The position numbers and the translations under genes are program-made. Of a DNA stretch of 35,503 nucleotides, positions 11,859 through 22,440 are shown one piece after another. The notes below the pieces were generated by a model that was not told the origin of the DNA, ran no database searches, and was given only the letters and a program-made list of their open reading frames with translations. Position 1 is the first letter of the stretch. Every line of letters begins with the position of its first letter. Origin of the DNA: Chiloscyllium plagiosum (taxonomy: Eukaryota); assembly GCF_004010195.1 (NCBI RefSeq), contig NW_025214404.1:1-35503 (forward strand). Direction: 5' to 3'.

Positions 11859-11931
11859 GCCTTCTTAGCGTAGGAGGCAGTGCGTCAGTCTCATAATCTG
11901 AAGGTCCTGAGTTCAATCCTTAGAGAAGGCA
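11859..11931 (+). tRNA. tRNA-Met-CAT: tRNA-Met (CAT, elongator type), possibly decaying copy
   Basis: 73 nt cloverleaf GCCTTCT-TA-GCGT..GTGC-G-TCAGT-CTCATAA-TCTGA-AGGTC-CTGAG-TTCAATC-CTTAG-AGAAGGC-A, anticodon CAT at 11892-11894, TTTT terminator at 11942-11945. Transitions give G-U pairs in the D and T stems and TTCAA instead of TTCGA. Confidence 0.9.
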
Positions 11932-12211
11932 AGACTGTGGCTTTTGCCACCGTGTGTGTTTTCTTTCTCTCTGTGGGCAAGAATATTTGCTTTGGACGGC
12001 TTCACGCCTGATTTGAGCTGACCACACCAGAGCAAACGCACTGCTGCAAGGTTTAACATCTGGGCGACACGTGCTCAACTTTTTGTTCTGCGCAGCATTT
12101 TGTAAACCCACCATCGTGCCATCTGTGCAGCAGCAAAGACTGGAGCCACATGCAGGGTTCACGCGAGGTCACACTGCTTGCGTCCCAAACGTGTCCCCAG
12201 GAAAAGCATTG

Positions 12212-12284
12212 TGGAGAATGTGGGCATCGATCCCACTACCTCTCGCATGCTAAGCGAGCGCTCTACCATTTGAGCTAATTCCCC
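12212..12284 (-). tRNA. tRNA-Ala-AGC: tRNA-Ala (AGC)
   Basis: Reverse complement GGGGAATTAGCTCAAATGGTAGAGCGCTCGCTTAGCATGCGAGAGGTAGTGGGATCGATGCCCACATTCTCCA is a canonical vertebrate tRNA-Ala-AGC with the G3:U70 identity pair. Minus-strand TTTT terminator at 12205-12202. Confidence 0.95.
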
Positions 12285-12975
12285 TACGCTAGGCACTCGC
12301 CTTAGCCCCATGGTGCTTCGGAACGATGAGCTGAGAGCAGCAGGCGATTTCCTCTCGAGATTGTACGCTGTATTCAGCCGAACAACGCGATGCGACTATC
12401 GGCACATCCGAGCAGCAGCAGCACGTGCGCGAAGTCTTCTGGAAAACACAGTGCCGCCGAAAGAATCGCCAGCAAGACGCTCTGAGATTCCAGAATCCAA
12501 AGGAACCGATCGGCATGAGCAGTCACAACAAGTGTGAGGTAGCACTCGAGAGCGCTGTCTGACTGATTGGAGACTTGCGACACTTTCAAGTGAGTGCTGA
12601 CTGACTGCGTGGATGTTGTGTTCCTCCAGAGGGCTCCCTGCTGCTCGTGGTTTGCAACTGCAGACGTCACAGCACACCAACAGGCAGAATTCTCTGAAGA
12701 AGAAGAAGGTGTATTTTGGAGAAAGAGAACACTGGGGGCTGTTACCAGACAAAAAAAGAGGGCTTCTCCTTCATCCTCGTGAGCTGCAGCCATGCGGTCA
12801 GGTTCCGCAAAGTGCTGCTTTCAGATACACGCCAAGCAGGCCGAGATGCAAATAGCAACCGCCACTCGTCTGAAGCAGCACCCGCGAGCCCTGTCTGACT
12901 GGTAGGGCCTTTCCTTAGTGCTGACCTGCTCGGATGCGTTGCTGTTCAACTTGTGCAACTGTGGAAGTGGCACAC

Positions 12976-13725
12976 CGACGAAGTTCTGCATGGGAGATTG
13001 GTTAGCAAGGTTAGATCACATGAGATGCAGGGAGAGCTAGTCAATTGTATACAAAATTGGCTTGACAGTAGAAGACTGAGGGTTATTTTTTAGACGAGAG
13101 GCCTGTGATCAGCAGCGTGCCATAAGAATAGGTGCAGGGTTCACTGGTTGTTCATCATTGTGGGCGGCACGGTGGCACAGTGGTTAGCACTGCTGCCTCA
13201 CAGTGCCGGAGACCTGGGTTCAATTCCCGCCTCAGGCGACTGACTGTGTGGAGTTTGCACGTTCTCCCCGTGTCTGCGTGGGTTTCCTCCGGGTGCTCCG
13301 GTTTCCTCCCACAGTCCAAAAGATGTGCAGGGTCAGGTGAATTGGCCATGCTAAATTGCCCGTAGTGTTAGGTAAGGGGTAAGTGTAGGGGTATGGGTGG
13401 ATTTCGCTTCGGCGGGTCGGTGTGGACTTGTTGGGCCGAGGGGCCTGTTTCCACACTGTAATGTAATCTAATCATTTATATAAACGATTTGGATGAAAAT
13501 ATAGGAGGCATGGTTAGTAGGTTTGCGGATGACACCAAAATTGTTGGCATAATTTACAATGAAGAAGGTTATCCAACAGTACAATGGGACCTTCATCAAA
13601 TAGGCCAATAGGCTGAGGAATGGCCGGTGAAGTTTAATTCAGATAAATGTGAGGTGTTGCATTTTGGTAAGACAATCTATAGCAGGACTTACATAGTTAA
13701 TAATTGGGTCCGAGAAAGTGCTTCG
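12976..13725 (+). mobile_element. CR1 RT fragment, right part, interrupted by an HE1 SINE
   Basis: DEVLHGRLVSKVRSH...IQNWL, then after the SINE IYINDLDENIGGMVSRFADDTK...KCEVLHFG. Confidence 0.9.
13162..13473 (+). mobile_element. HE1 (V-SINE) full-length, young copy
   Basis: tRNA-like head with A box TGGCACAGTGG and B box GGTTCAATTCC, V-domain gtgtggagtttgcacgttctccccgtgtctgcgtgggtttcc, CR1-like tail with (TAATC)n; CpGs retained. Confidence 0.95.
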
Positions 13726-13853
13726 AGGAGAAAGTGAGGACTGCAGATGCTGGAGATCAGAGCTGAAAATGTGTTGCTGGAAAAGCGCAGGTCAGGCAGC
13801 ATCCAAGGAAGAGGAGAATCGACGTTTCGGGCATAAGCCCTTCTTCAGGAATC
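13726..13853 (-). mobile_element. Penelope-like pLTR fragment
   Basis: Homologous to 10550-10680 and 27352-27438. Confidence 0.85.
13813..13853 (-). ncRNA. Minimal type I hammerhead ribozyme, intact core
   Basis: CUGAAGA-A-GGGC-UUAU-GCCC-GAAA-CG-UC: all core nucleotides, perfect stem II, palindromic ACGU stem III, GUC cleavage triplet. Confidence 0.8.
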
Positions 13854-13855
13854 CT

Positions 13856-14052
13856 GGGCGGCACGGTGGCACAGTGGTTAGCACTGCTGCCTCACAGTGC
13901 CAGAGATCCGGGTTCAATTCCCGCCTCAGGCGACCGACTGTGTGGAGTTTGCACATTCTCCCCGTGTCTGCGTGGGTTTCCTCCGGGTGCTCCGGTTTCC
14001 TCCCACACTCCAAAAATGTGCAGGTTAGGTGAATTGGCCATGCTAAATTGCC
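13856..14052 (+). mobile_element. HE1 SINE truncated by assembly gap
   Basis: Near-identical to the 5' part of 13162-13473. Confidence 0.95.
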
Positions 14053-14255
14053 NNNNNNNNNNNNNNNNNNNNNNNNNNNNNNNNNNNNNNNNNNNNNNNN
14101 NNNNNNNNNNNNNNNNNNNNNNNNNNNNNNNNNNNNNNNNNNNNNNNNNNNNNNNNNNNNNNNNNNNNNNNNNNNNNNNNNNNNNNNNNNNNNNNNNNNN
14201 NNNNNNNNNNNNNNNNNNNNNNNNNNNNNNNNNNNNNNNNNNNNNNNNNNNNNNN
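14053..14255. other. Assembly gap (203 N)
   Basis: Run of n characters. Confidence 1.
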
Positions 14256-14595
14256 CTCGGCAGAGTGGGAGGGGGAGTTGAAATGTTGGGCCACAGGGCG
14301 GTGTGGTTGATTGGTGCGGGTGTCCCGGAGATGTTCCCTAAAGCGCTCTGCTAGGAGGCGTCCAGTCTCCCCAATGTAGAGGAGACCGCATCGGGAGCAA
14401 CGGATACAATAAATGATATTGGTGGATGTGCAGGTAAAACTTTGATGGATATGGAAGGCTCCTTTAGGGCCTTGGATGGAGGTGAGGGAGGAGGTGTGGG
14501 TGCAGGTTTTGCAATTCCTGGGATGGCAGGGGAAGGTGCCAGGATGGGAGGGTGGGTTGTAGGGGGGGGGGGGGTGTTGACCTGACCAGGTAGTA
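14256..14595 (-). mobile_element. Penelope-like element ORF fragment (Cys linker plus GIY-YIG endonuclease)
   Basis: Open minus frame GTFPCHPRNCKTC...FTCTSTNIIYCIRCSRCGLLYIGETGRLLAERFREHLRDTRTNQPHRPVAQHFNSPSH. Confidence 0.92.
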
Positions 14596-14599
14596 GTAG

Positions 14600-15135
14600 T
14601 TTTTACCTACAATTCTGTTTGCCCTGCTATAGAAAGAATGTTATTAAACTGGAAAGTGTACAAAAATGATTTAAAAGGATGTTACTGAGACGGGAAAGGT
14701 TGAGTTATAAGGAGAGACTGGATAGGCTGAGACTTTTTTTCCCTGGAGAGTAGGAGGGTGAGGGGTGACCATACAGAATTTATAAAATCATGAGGGGCAT
14801 AGATGAGTTGAATAGCCAAGGTCTTTTCCCAATTGGGTGGTGAATTCAAAACTAGAGGGCATAGGTTTAAGGTGAGAGGGGAAAGATTTAAAAGGGACCT
14901 GAGGGGTGACATTTTCACGCAGAGGGTGGTGCGTATATAAAACAAGCTACTAGAAGAAGTGGTAGAGTGGGTACAATTACAACATTTAAAAGACATTTGG
15001 GCAAGTACATGGATAGGAGAGATTTAAAGGTATTTGGGCCAAACGCAGGTAAATGGGATTAACTTAATTTAGGAAACTTGGTCGGCATAGACATGTTGAG
15101 CCAAAGGGCCTTGTTTCCATGCTGTATGACTATGA
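14600..15135 (+). mobile_element. CR1 3' end with (TATGAC)n tail
   Basis: RLRLFSLE, RGHRFKVRGERFKRDLRGDIFTQRVV; tail ctgtatgactatgac. Confidence 0.88.
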
Positions 15136-16237
15136 CAGAACTTTCAAGAGTGAAATTAGGAAGTACATCTATTAGTATGGTGGAACTTTGAAATTTTGAT
15201 CAAGATGCTGATCAGTTGTCAACTATAGCTCTGAGATTGATAGATTTTTGTGAAGCAACTTAATGGGGCAAAGTGGCTAGATCACCGATCAATCATGAGT
15301 TCTTTGAATGGTCAAACTAGTTCAAGGAGCTTTAGGACAACAAAAAAAAAGCAAGGTGAGACAGCAATAGAGAAACAGAGAGAGATTGCAGGGCATAGTG
15401 GATTTAAATCGTTCACAATGTTGTGGATGTATCACCTCCACATACAGTGGGGTATGTACACAACACTCAATAAAGTGGAACACCATCAAGATCCAAATTT
15501 GTGGATCAATCTATGTTCAGCCACTCATGCCACCTCATATGCTGCAACAAGCAGGATGACAGGGAATGGAGGCATCTTGTACAGAAAAAGCATTAATCAT
15601 TGAATAGATTCCTCAGAGTATGAAAAAGCATCACAAACTTGTTCAGAGAAATTTGTTGTGTGTGGTGAGTGGTTCAGATCCTATGGTATTGAAGTTCAAA
15701 ATGAGAACATGAGGGGCAGAAGGAGAACTGTTGTTACCCAAAATGTAACCAAGCTGTGGCATAATTACTTGCAGAGCACTGAAGTCGTCAGTGAAATTGA
15801 TCAGAGTCACAAATCAGTTTGGAGTTCTAGTGGGAAGGAGGTGATGGTGAAAATGTAGGTAGGTGGGGTTCATCTCAAGAAAAGGAATCAAAATGTAATT
15901 TAACATACCAATATTTTAGCAAATCTGGCAACAGATCAAAACCTTGGAATCACACTATTACAGTTTCACATTTACTTGAATATGTAGAAACTGGTTTTAT
16001 TTTTGTTAATTTATTAATTTCCATTCAAATGGTTTTCAAGCTGCAGGTTTTTGATTATACGGTCAATGGGGGTGATGAGACTGATGAGGACACTAAAGAA
16101 ATAACATAACCAAATTTGATAAAATCTATAATCTCACAAAAATTCATCAGCCTGCTGCATCTGATAATCCAGATTGCTCCAATCCTCTCACCACACATCA
16201 ACCTGGCCACCCATCTTCGATATCTCCATTGACACAT

Positions 16238-17444
16238 AGAACATAGAACATGGAAACGCACAGAACAGGCCCTTTGGCCGATGATGTTGTGCAGAGATTT
16301 AATCTTAATGTAAAATATAGTAACTTAACCTACGCACCCCTCAACTCACTGCTATCCATGTGCATGTCCAGCAGTTGCTTAAATGTCCCCAATGACTCTG
16401 CTTCTACCACCACAGCTGGCAATGCATTCCATGCATTCATAACTCTCTGCGTAAAGAACCTACCTCTGATGTCTCCTTTATACCTTCCTCCTAATATCTT
16501 CAAACTATGACTCCTCGTACCAATCAATCCTGCCCTGGGGAAAAGTCTCTGACTATTGACTCTATCTATTCCTCTCATAATTTTGTAAACCTCGATCAGG
16601 TCTCCTCTCTTCCTCCTTCTCTCCAGAGAGAAAAGTCCAAGCTTATTGAACCTTTCTTCATAAGGCAAGCCCTCCAGTCCAGGCAGCATCGTGGTAAACC
16701 TTCTTTGCACCCTCTCCAAAGCCTGTGTATATTTCCTATAGTAGGGGGACCAGAACTGGACACAATATTCCAAGTGTAGTCTCACCATGAACTTGTAGAG
16801 CTGCAGCAAAACCTCGCAGCTCTTAAACTCGATCCCCCTGTCAATGAAAGCCAAAACACCATATGCTATCTTGACAACCCTATCCACTTGGGTGGCAACT
16901 TCGAGGGATCTATGCATTTGCATACCCAGATCCCTCTGTTCCTCCACACTGCCAAGAATCCTGACTTTAATCCTATATTCAGCATTCGAGTTTGACCTTC
17001 CAAAATGCATCACTTCGCATTTATCCAGGTTGAACTCCATCTGCCATTTCTCAGCCCAGCTCTGCAACCTGTCTATGTCACGCTGCAGCCTACAGTAGCC
17101 CTCTATACTATCGATGACACCTCCAACCTTTGCTTCATCTGCAAATTTACTAACCCATCCCTCAACATCCTCATCCAAGTCATTTATAAAAACTACAAAG
17201 AGCAGAGGCCCAAGAACAGAGCCCTGTGGGACTCCACTCAACACTATCCTCCAGGCAGAATACTTTCCATCTACAACCACTCTCTGCCTTCTGTCAGCCA
17301 ACCAATTCTGAATCCAGATAGCCAAATCTCCCTGTATCCCATACATCTTGACTTTATGAATGAGCCTTCCATGGGGAACCCTATCAAACGCCTTGCTGAA
17401 GTCCACATACACTGCATCCACTGCTTGACCGTCGTCAACCTGTC
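16238..17444 (-). mobile_element. Young 5'-truncated CR1 LINE with open RT frame
   Basis: 376-aa frame with DFSKAFD, SGVPQGSVLGP and FADE (instead of FADD); (TTCTATG)n tail; 9-bp TSD TTGACACAT at 16229-16237 and 17445-17453. Confidence 0.95.
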
Positions 17445-17574
17445 TTGACACATTCCCCATATTTCATCACGTGCAAAGGGTCATAATTGGTCGCAATTAA
17501 ATAACTTTTCACTTACGTGCTCCTGGTGCAGATTTTCATTCAGTGAGAGCAGACAAAATTTAACTAGCCTAAAA

Positions 17575-18030
17575 TGTTCTGGAAGGTGGCATTATCCCAG
17601 GAGGAGAGATTGAGTAGATTAAGTTGATATTCCCTGAAGTTAAGAAGAATGAAAGGTAATCTAATTGAAGCACAATATTCTTAAAGGGTTTGGCAGGCTA
17701 GGTGCTGAGAAAGTTTCTTCGCCAGGGCACCTAGAACACCAAGTCACAGTTTCAGAATGAGTGGTCAGCAACTTAGGACTGAGAGGAAAAGTCTTTTACT
17801 CAATAATTTGGGTATCTTTGGAATTTTCCATCTTAGAAAGCTTTGCATACACAGTTACTGAATATATCCAAGTTTGAGGTTGTGAGATCTTTGGGAACTA
17901 ATGGAATTAAGAAACGTAGGGATAATATGAGAAGGTGGAGTTGAGATAAGAGATCAGCCATGTTTTATTGAACATGAAGAAAGTTCAAAGGGATAACTGG
18001 CCTACTCCTGCCCTTACAATTTCTGTTCAT
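17575..18030 (+). mobile_element. Old CR1 3' fragment
   Basis: Decayed RLS...SLKLRRMKGNLIE and a 3' UTR resembling 4150-4210. Confidence 0.6.
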
Positions 18031-18261
18031 CTGTTTAGCTGTGTGTCTTTGAGTTTCAGCAAAGTGAGTGCCAAAGACAGTGAGAACATTTGCCCCAGCA
18101 CTTTAAGTTCAAATGTCCCTCAGCATCCCATAGCCTAAACATAATCATTACTATTTTGTATTCAGTGTTTTACACAGATCAACATAAAACTTTTGCTTTC
18201 CCACAAGTCTCATTTTTTTTGTACACTTTTAGTCAATTTACACTTATCGATTTACACTCCC

Positions 18262-18560
18262 TAGGTTCAATTTCACCCTTGGGTGACTGTCTGTGTGGTG
18301 TTTGCACATTCTCCCCATGTCTGCCTGGGTTTCCTCTGGATGCTTCGGTTTCCTCCCACAGTCCAAAGATGTACAGGTTCAGTGGATTGGCCATGCTAAA
18401 TTTCCCATAGTATCCAGAAAATGTGCAGACTAGGTGGATTAGACATGGGAAATGCAAGGTTACAGGGATAGGGTGGGTCTGGGTAAGATGCTCTTTGGAC
18501 GGTTCATGTAGACCTGATGGGCAGAATGGCCTGCTTCCACATTGTGAGGATTTTATGATA
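18262..18560 (+). mobile_element. Older HE1 SINE, 5'-truncated
   Basis: B box, V-domain and tail are recognisable. Confidence 0.88.
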
Positions 18561-18906
18561 CACTATATTTATATCATCATTCCGGGAGTTTTCTCACCTC
18601 AAAGTGTCAATGACACTGCACTTCTTTAGATTAAGTTACGCATAAATCTACTCCTTAAACTATCTAATTCAGCCTTTAACTGATTTGAATGGTTTTAACT
18701 GCTAACCCATATCTGCATGCATCTTGGTATATCCTATGAAGTTATGAGTGATTCTGCTGAAGTCCCTTCCAGGTAGATAACTATTGGAAATTATGGCCAT
18801 CTAAAAATAGTCAAATGGAACCTCAATTTAACTAAATCTCCTGATGTTTCAGAACACGTCACTCCTTCTATGATTTTAGATAGCTACACATCCAGAGCTA
18901 TAACAT

Positions 18907-18974
18907 TCTGATATGTTATCTAGTATGGTGACGAAATGTCTGAAAATAAACCTTCCAGCTCAGCGAGCAAGCTT
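18907..18974 (+). mobile_element. Very short Penelope-type insertion consisting mostly of a degenerate hammerhead
   Basis: CTGAT-A-TGTTATC-TAGTAT-GGTGAC-GAAA-TG-TC flanked by an 18/19 direct repeat ACATCCAGAGCTAYAACAT (18888-18906, 18975-18993). Confidence 0.6.
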
Positions 18975-19084
18975 ACATCCAGAGCTACAACATCCCATTA
19001 TAATAACTGCCCCACAATCCAATTAGATCTGAATGTTTCTAGTCTAATAACTGCCCATACCACATTTTACATAACCAGTTTTTC

Positions 19085-19185
19085 GAATCAACCTGTTCAG
19101 AGATATTATTACACATCTTTGAAGCAGGTGAGCTTGAACCCAGACCTCCCAGACCAAAGTAGGGACGTTACCAGTGTGTTACATT
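19085..19185 (-). mobile_element. Short tRNA-derived SINE remnant
   Basis: Minus-strand box A-like TAACACACTGG and box B GGGTTCAAGC. Confidence 0.45.
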
Positions 19186-19493
19186 ATTGAACACTTTTTT
19201 TGGAATTTAGGGCTTACATCGTGAACCGATCTATACACATCCGACAATCTCTGAAGATAACTACATTTGGTTACTTAAATCAGTCCTACATTCCTGGTAA
19301 TAATGCTAGGCAGTGTTAATCATTGGTTATATGCACATCCTGTATGATTTCATTCAACAACCCCTTTCCAACCAATGTCAAGCTCACAACTTGCCTGTAC
19401 ACTCTTTTGATGTTAATAAATAGATGCTTTTTTATTAACCCTGCTCTATAAATGGTTAAAGCTTTTCAGGATGTGGAAAATTGACTTTGTAGA

Positions 19494-19813
19494 TGGGCAG
19501 CACAGTGACACAATGGTTAACACTGCTGACTCACAGCACCAGGGACCTGGGTTTGATTCCAGCCTCAGGCCACTGTCTGTGTGGAGTTTGCACATTCTCC
19601 CTGTATCTGTGCAGGTTTCAGCTGGGTGTTCTAGTTTCCTCCCACAATCCAAAGATGTGCAGACCAGGTAAATTGCCCACTGCTAGGTGTGTTAGTCAGG
19701 GGATACAATATAGGAGAATGGGTCTGGGTGGGATAATGTTCAGAGGGTTGGTGTGGACTTGTTGGGCCAAATGGCCTGTTTCCACACTGTAGGGAATCAA
19801 ATCTAATCTAATC
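19494..19813 (+). mobile_element. HE1 SINE
   Basis: Full head, V-domain and tail with (AATCT)n end. Confidence 0.92.
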
Positions 19814-19836
19814 ATTTACATTAAGATGTCCATACC

Positions 19837-20009
19837 AACAGGCTTATTTGGAAGCTCTAGCTTTCAGAGCGCTGCTCTTTCATCAGGTGGTTGATGAAGG
19901 AGCAGCACTCCAAAAGCTAGTGCTTCCAAATAAACCTTTTGGACTGTAACCTGGTGTTGTGTGATTTTTAACTTGGTACACCCCAGTCCAACATCGGCAC
20001 ATCCTAATT
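19837..20009. mobile_element. Palindromic Penelope-type mini-insertion (second family) with two opposed hammerhead motifs
   Basis: Inverted arms about 19835-19886 and 19891-19942; TSD ATGYCCATACC (19826-19836, 20010-20020); minus-strand core CUGAUGA-A-AGAGC-AGC-GCUCU-GAAA-GC-UA is intact. Confidence 0.8.
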
Positions 20010-21314
20010 ATGCCCATACCGGGCTGACAACACGTCATTCCCACGTCAGGCAGAACACGGATTAAAACAAAATAAAGAATATTTGAAACACAAACAGAAA
20101 GTGCTGGAGAAACTCAGCAAGTCCAGCAGCATCTGCAGAGAGAAAAGCAGAGTTAATGTTTCAAGTCCAGTGACACTTAGTCAGTCCTGAAAGCAGCTGG
20201 GAAACGATGGTATTTATGCTGAAGGTGGTGGTGGAGGAGAAAGAAGGGTGGGGAGTGTCCAGAGACAGAGAGAGGAAAAAAAAACAAAGTCAAAGCAGAC
20301 AAAGGAGTTGCTGATGATAAGCTGGGAGAGAGATTAATGTTGAATGCATGCTAACAGGAATTGTGAATAGTTAAAAATGGGTTGGATGTGCTGGGAACCA
20401 CCTATACAGAACAGGTTTAATGGGGGGTGTGAGGGGGATAATGAACATGGAGGAGGGTGATCACATTCTGAAATTGTTAAACTCGTTATTGAGTCCTGAA
20501 GGCTGTAAGGTACAAACATGGAAGATGAAGTGCTGTTCCTCCAGTTTATGTTGAGCCTCACTGGTGCACTGTAGCAGACCTAAGGCAGAAATGTTGGCCT
20601 GAGAACATGTTGAAGTTGCAGGCAGCTGGGGGTTCAGCATCACTTTTATGGACAGACCATAGGTTTTTGCCAAAGGTGACCCAGTGTGCGCTTTGTCTCC
20701 CCAGTGTAGAGGAGACTACATTGTGAGCAGCAAATACAGGAAATTAGATCAAGTGCAGTGCAGATAAATCACTGTTTCACCTTGAAGATATGTCCGGGGC
20801 CTTGAACAGTGAGAAGGGAGGAAGTAAATGGGCAAGTGTTGTATCATGGGAAGGTGCTGTTGTGGCATGGAATGGTGTTGGGAGTAGACGAGGATTGGAG
20901 TAGTGTGTCTGGAGGGAATGGTTCCTGCCGAATGCTGACAAGGGAGATGAGGGGAATATGTATCTGGTGGAGGCATCCTGTTGGAGATGGTGGAAATGGC
21001 TGCTTATGATCTTTGGAAATACAGAAAGTGAGGTGGAAAGTGAGAACAAGGTTGTTGTAGGAGGAAATGAAAGAGGCGAGGGTAAAAGTGTGGAAAATAG
21101 GTCATATACAGCTAAAGGCATGGTCAACCACGATAGCACAGAATGCTCAGTTATAGAATAGGGTGGACATGTCTGAGACCCCCTGTTTAAGGGGGCATCA
21201 TCAGCACAGATGTAATGAAGATGGAGAAACTGGGAGAATAGAATGGAGTCCATATAGGAAGCTAGGTGTCAGGATGTATCATCAAGATAACTGTGGGAGT
21301 TGGTGGGTTTGTAG

Positions 21315-22102
21315 TGTCATAGAGTCATACAAATTGGAAATAGACCCTTCAACCCAACTTGTCCATGCCGACCAGATTTCCTAAACTGAGCCAGTTCCAT
21401 TTGCCTGTGTTTGGCCCATATCCCTCTAAATCTTTCCTATCCATGTACCTGTCCAAATGTCTTATACCTGGTGTAATTTTACCTGCCTGTATTGCTTCCT
21501 CTGGCAGCTTCTTATGCACCATCTTCTATGTGAAAAAGTTGCCCCTCAGGTCTGTTTTAAATCTTTCCCATCTCTCCTTAAACGTATGCTCTCTAGCCTA
21601 CCCTGGGGAAAAGGCGTTGGCTATTCACCCTATCCATGCCCCTTATGATTTTATAAACCTCTATAAAGTCATCCCTCAACCTCCTATACTCCAGCAAGAA
21701 AAAAGTCCCAGCCTGTCCAGCTTCACCTGGTAACTCAAACTTTCCAGTCTTGATAACATCTTTGTAAACCTTTTTTTGCACATTTTCCAGTTTAATAACA
21801 TCCTTTTTCTCAGAGGGTGACCAGAATTGCATGCAGTACTCCAAATGTGTCCTTACCATTGTCTTGTAACTTGATGTCCCAACTCCTGAACTCAATGCTC
21901 TGACCAATGCAACAAGCGTGCCACACACCTTCTTCATCACCTTGTCTAGCTGTGAGGGAACTTTCAGGGATTGATGCACATGCACCCCTAAGCGTTTCTG
22001 TCTGTCAACACTACCTGGGGCCCTACCATTAACTGTGTAAGTCATGCCCTGGTTTGTCTTACGAAAATGCAACACCTTGCATTTATCTGTATTAAACTCC
22101 AA
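21315..22102 (-). mobile_element. CR1 3' fragment nested in the Penelope element
   Basis: EFNTDKCKVLHF...HLEYCMQFWSP...IEVYKIIRGMDRVNSQRLFPRVG; tail tatgactctatgac. Confidence 0.9.
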
Positions 22103-22279
22103 ATATATTGATATATGTTGGAGGCCAGCCAACCCCTCAGAAATAGAAACAGCGATGTCGAGGAAGAGAAAGGAGGAGTCAGAGGTGAACCAGGTCAAGG
22201 TGATGGAAGGATGGAAATTTGAAACAAATTGATAAATGTTTCACAATTCCAGATGAGAGAGAGAAGCAGCACTAATCAT

Positions 22280-22440
22280 AGTTAAAAATCACACAACACC
22301 AGATTATAGTCCAACAGGTTTAATTGGAAGCACACTAGCTTTCGGAGTGTGCTTCCAATTAAACCTGTTGGACTATAACTGGTGTTGTGTGATTTTTAAC
22401 TTTGTACACCCCAGTCCAACACCGGCATCTCCAAATCATG
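22280..22440. mobile_element. Palindromic mini-insertion of the 19837 family, hammerhead core deleted
   Basis: Near-perfect 56-bp arms (22280-22336 and 22346-22401); perfect 12-bp TSD AGCACTAATCAT (22268-22279, 22441-22452). Confidence 0.88.

Larger units (their letters stand above)
11498..12975. other. CpG-rich block carrying two tRNA genes (probable fragment of a tandem tRNA gene-cluster unit)
   Basis: Abrupt rise in GC and CpG content relative to CpG-depleted flanks. Contains convergent tRNA-Met and tRNA-Ala and is bounded by CR1 sequence on both sides. Confidence 0.7.

Noticed and set aside
11487..12898. Many overlapping ORFs in the GC-rich block; possible bacterial contamination or host CpG-island promoter
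   Set aside because: The ORFs reflect high GC with no recognisable domain; the tRNAs are vertebrate-type and lack encoded CCA; the block interrupts a CR1.
13162..13235. HE1 heads as tRNA genes
   Set aside because: They have A/B boxes but no closed cloverleaf and continue into the V-domain and CR1-like tail.
16330..17460. 376-aa RT ORF as a functional or domesticated gene
   Set aside because: 5'-truncated CR1 with TSD and tail; the start lies in flanking DNA and the catalytic FADD is FADE.
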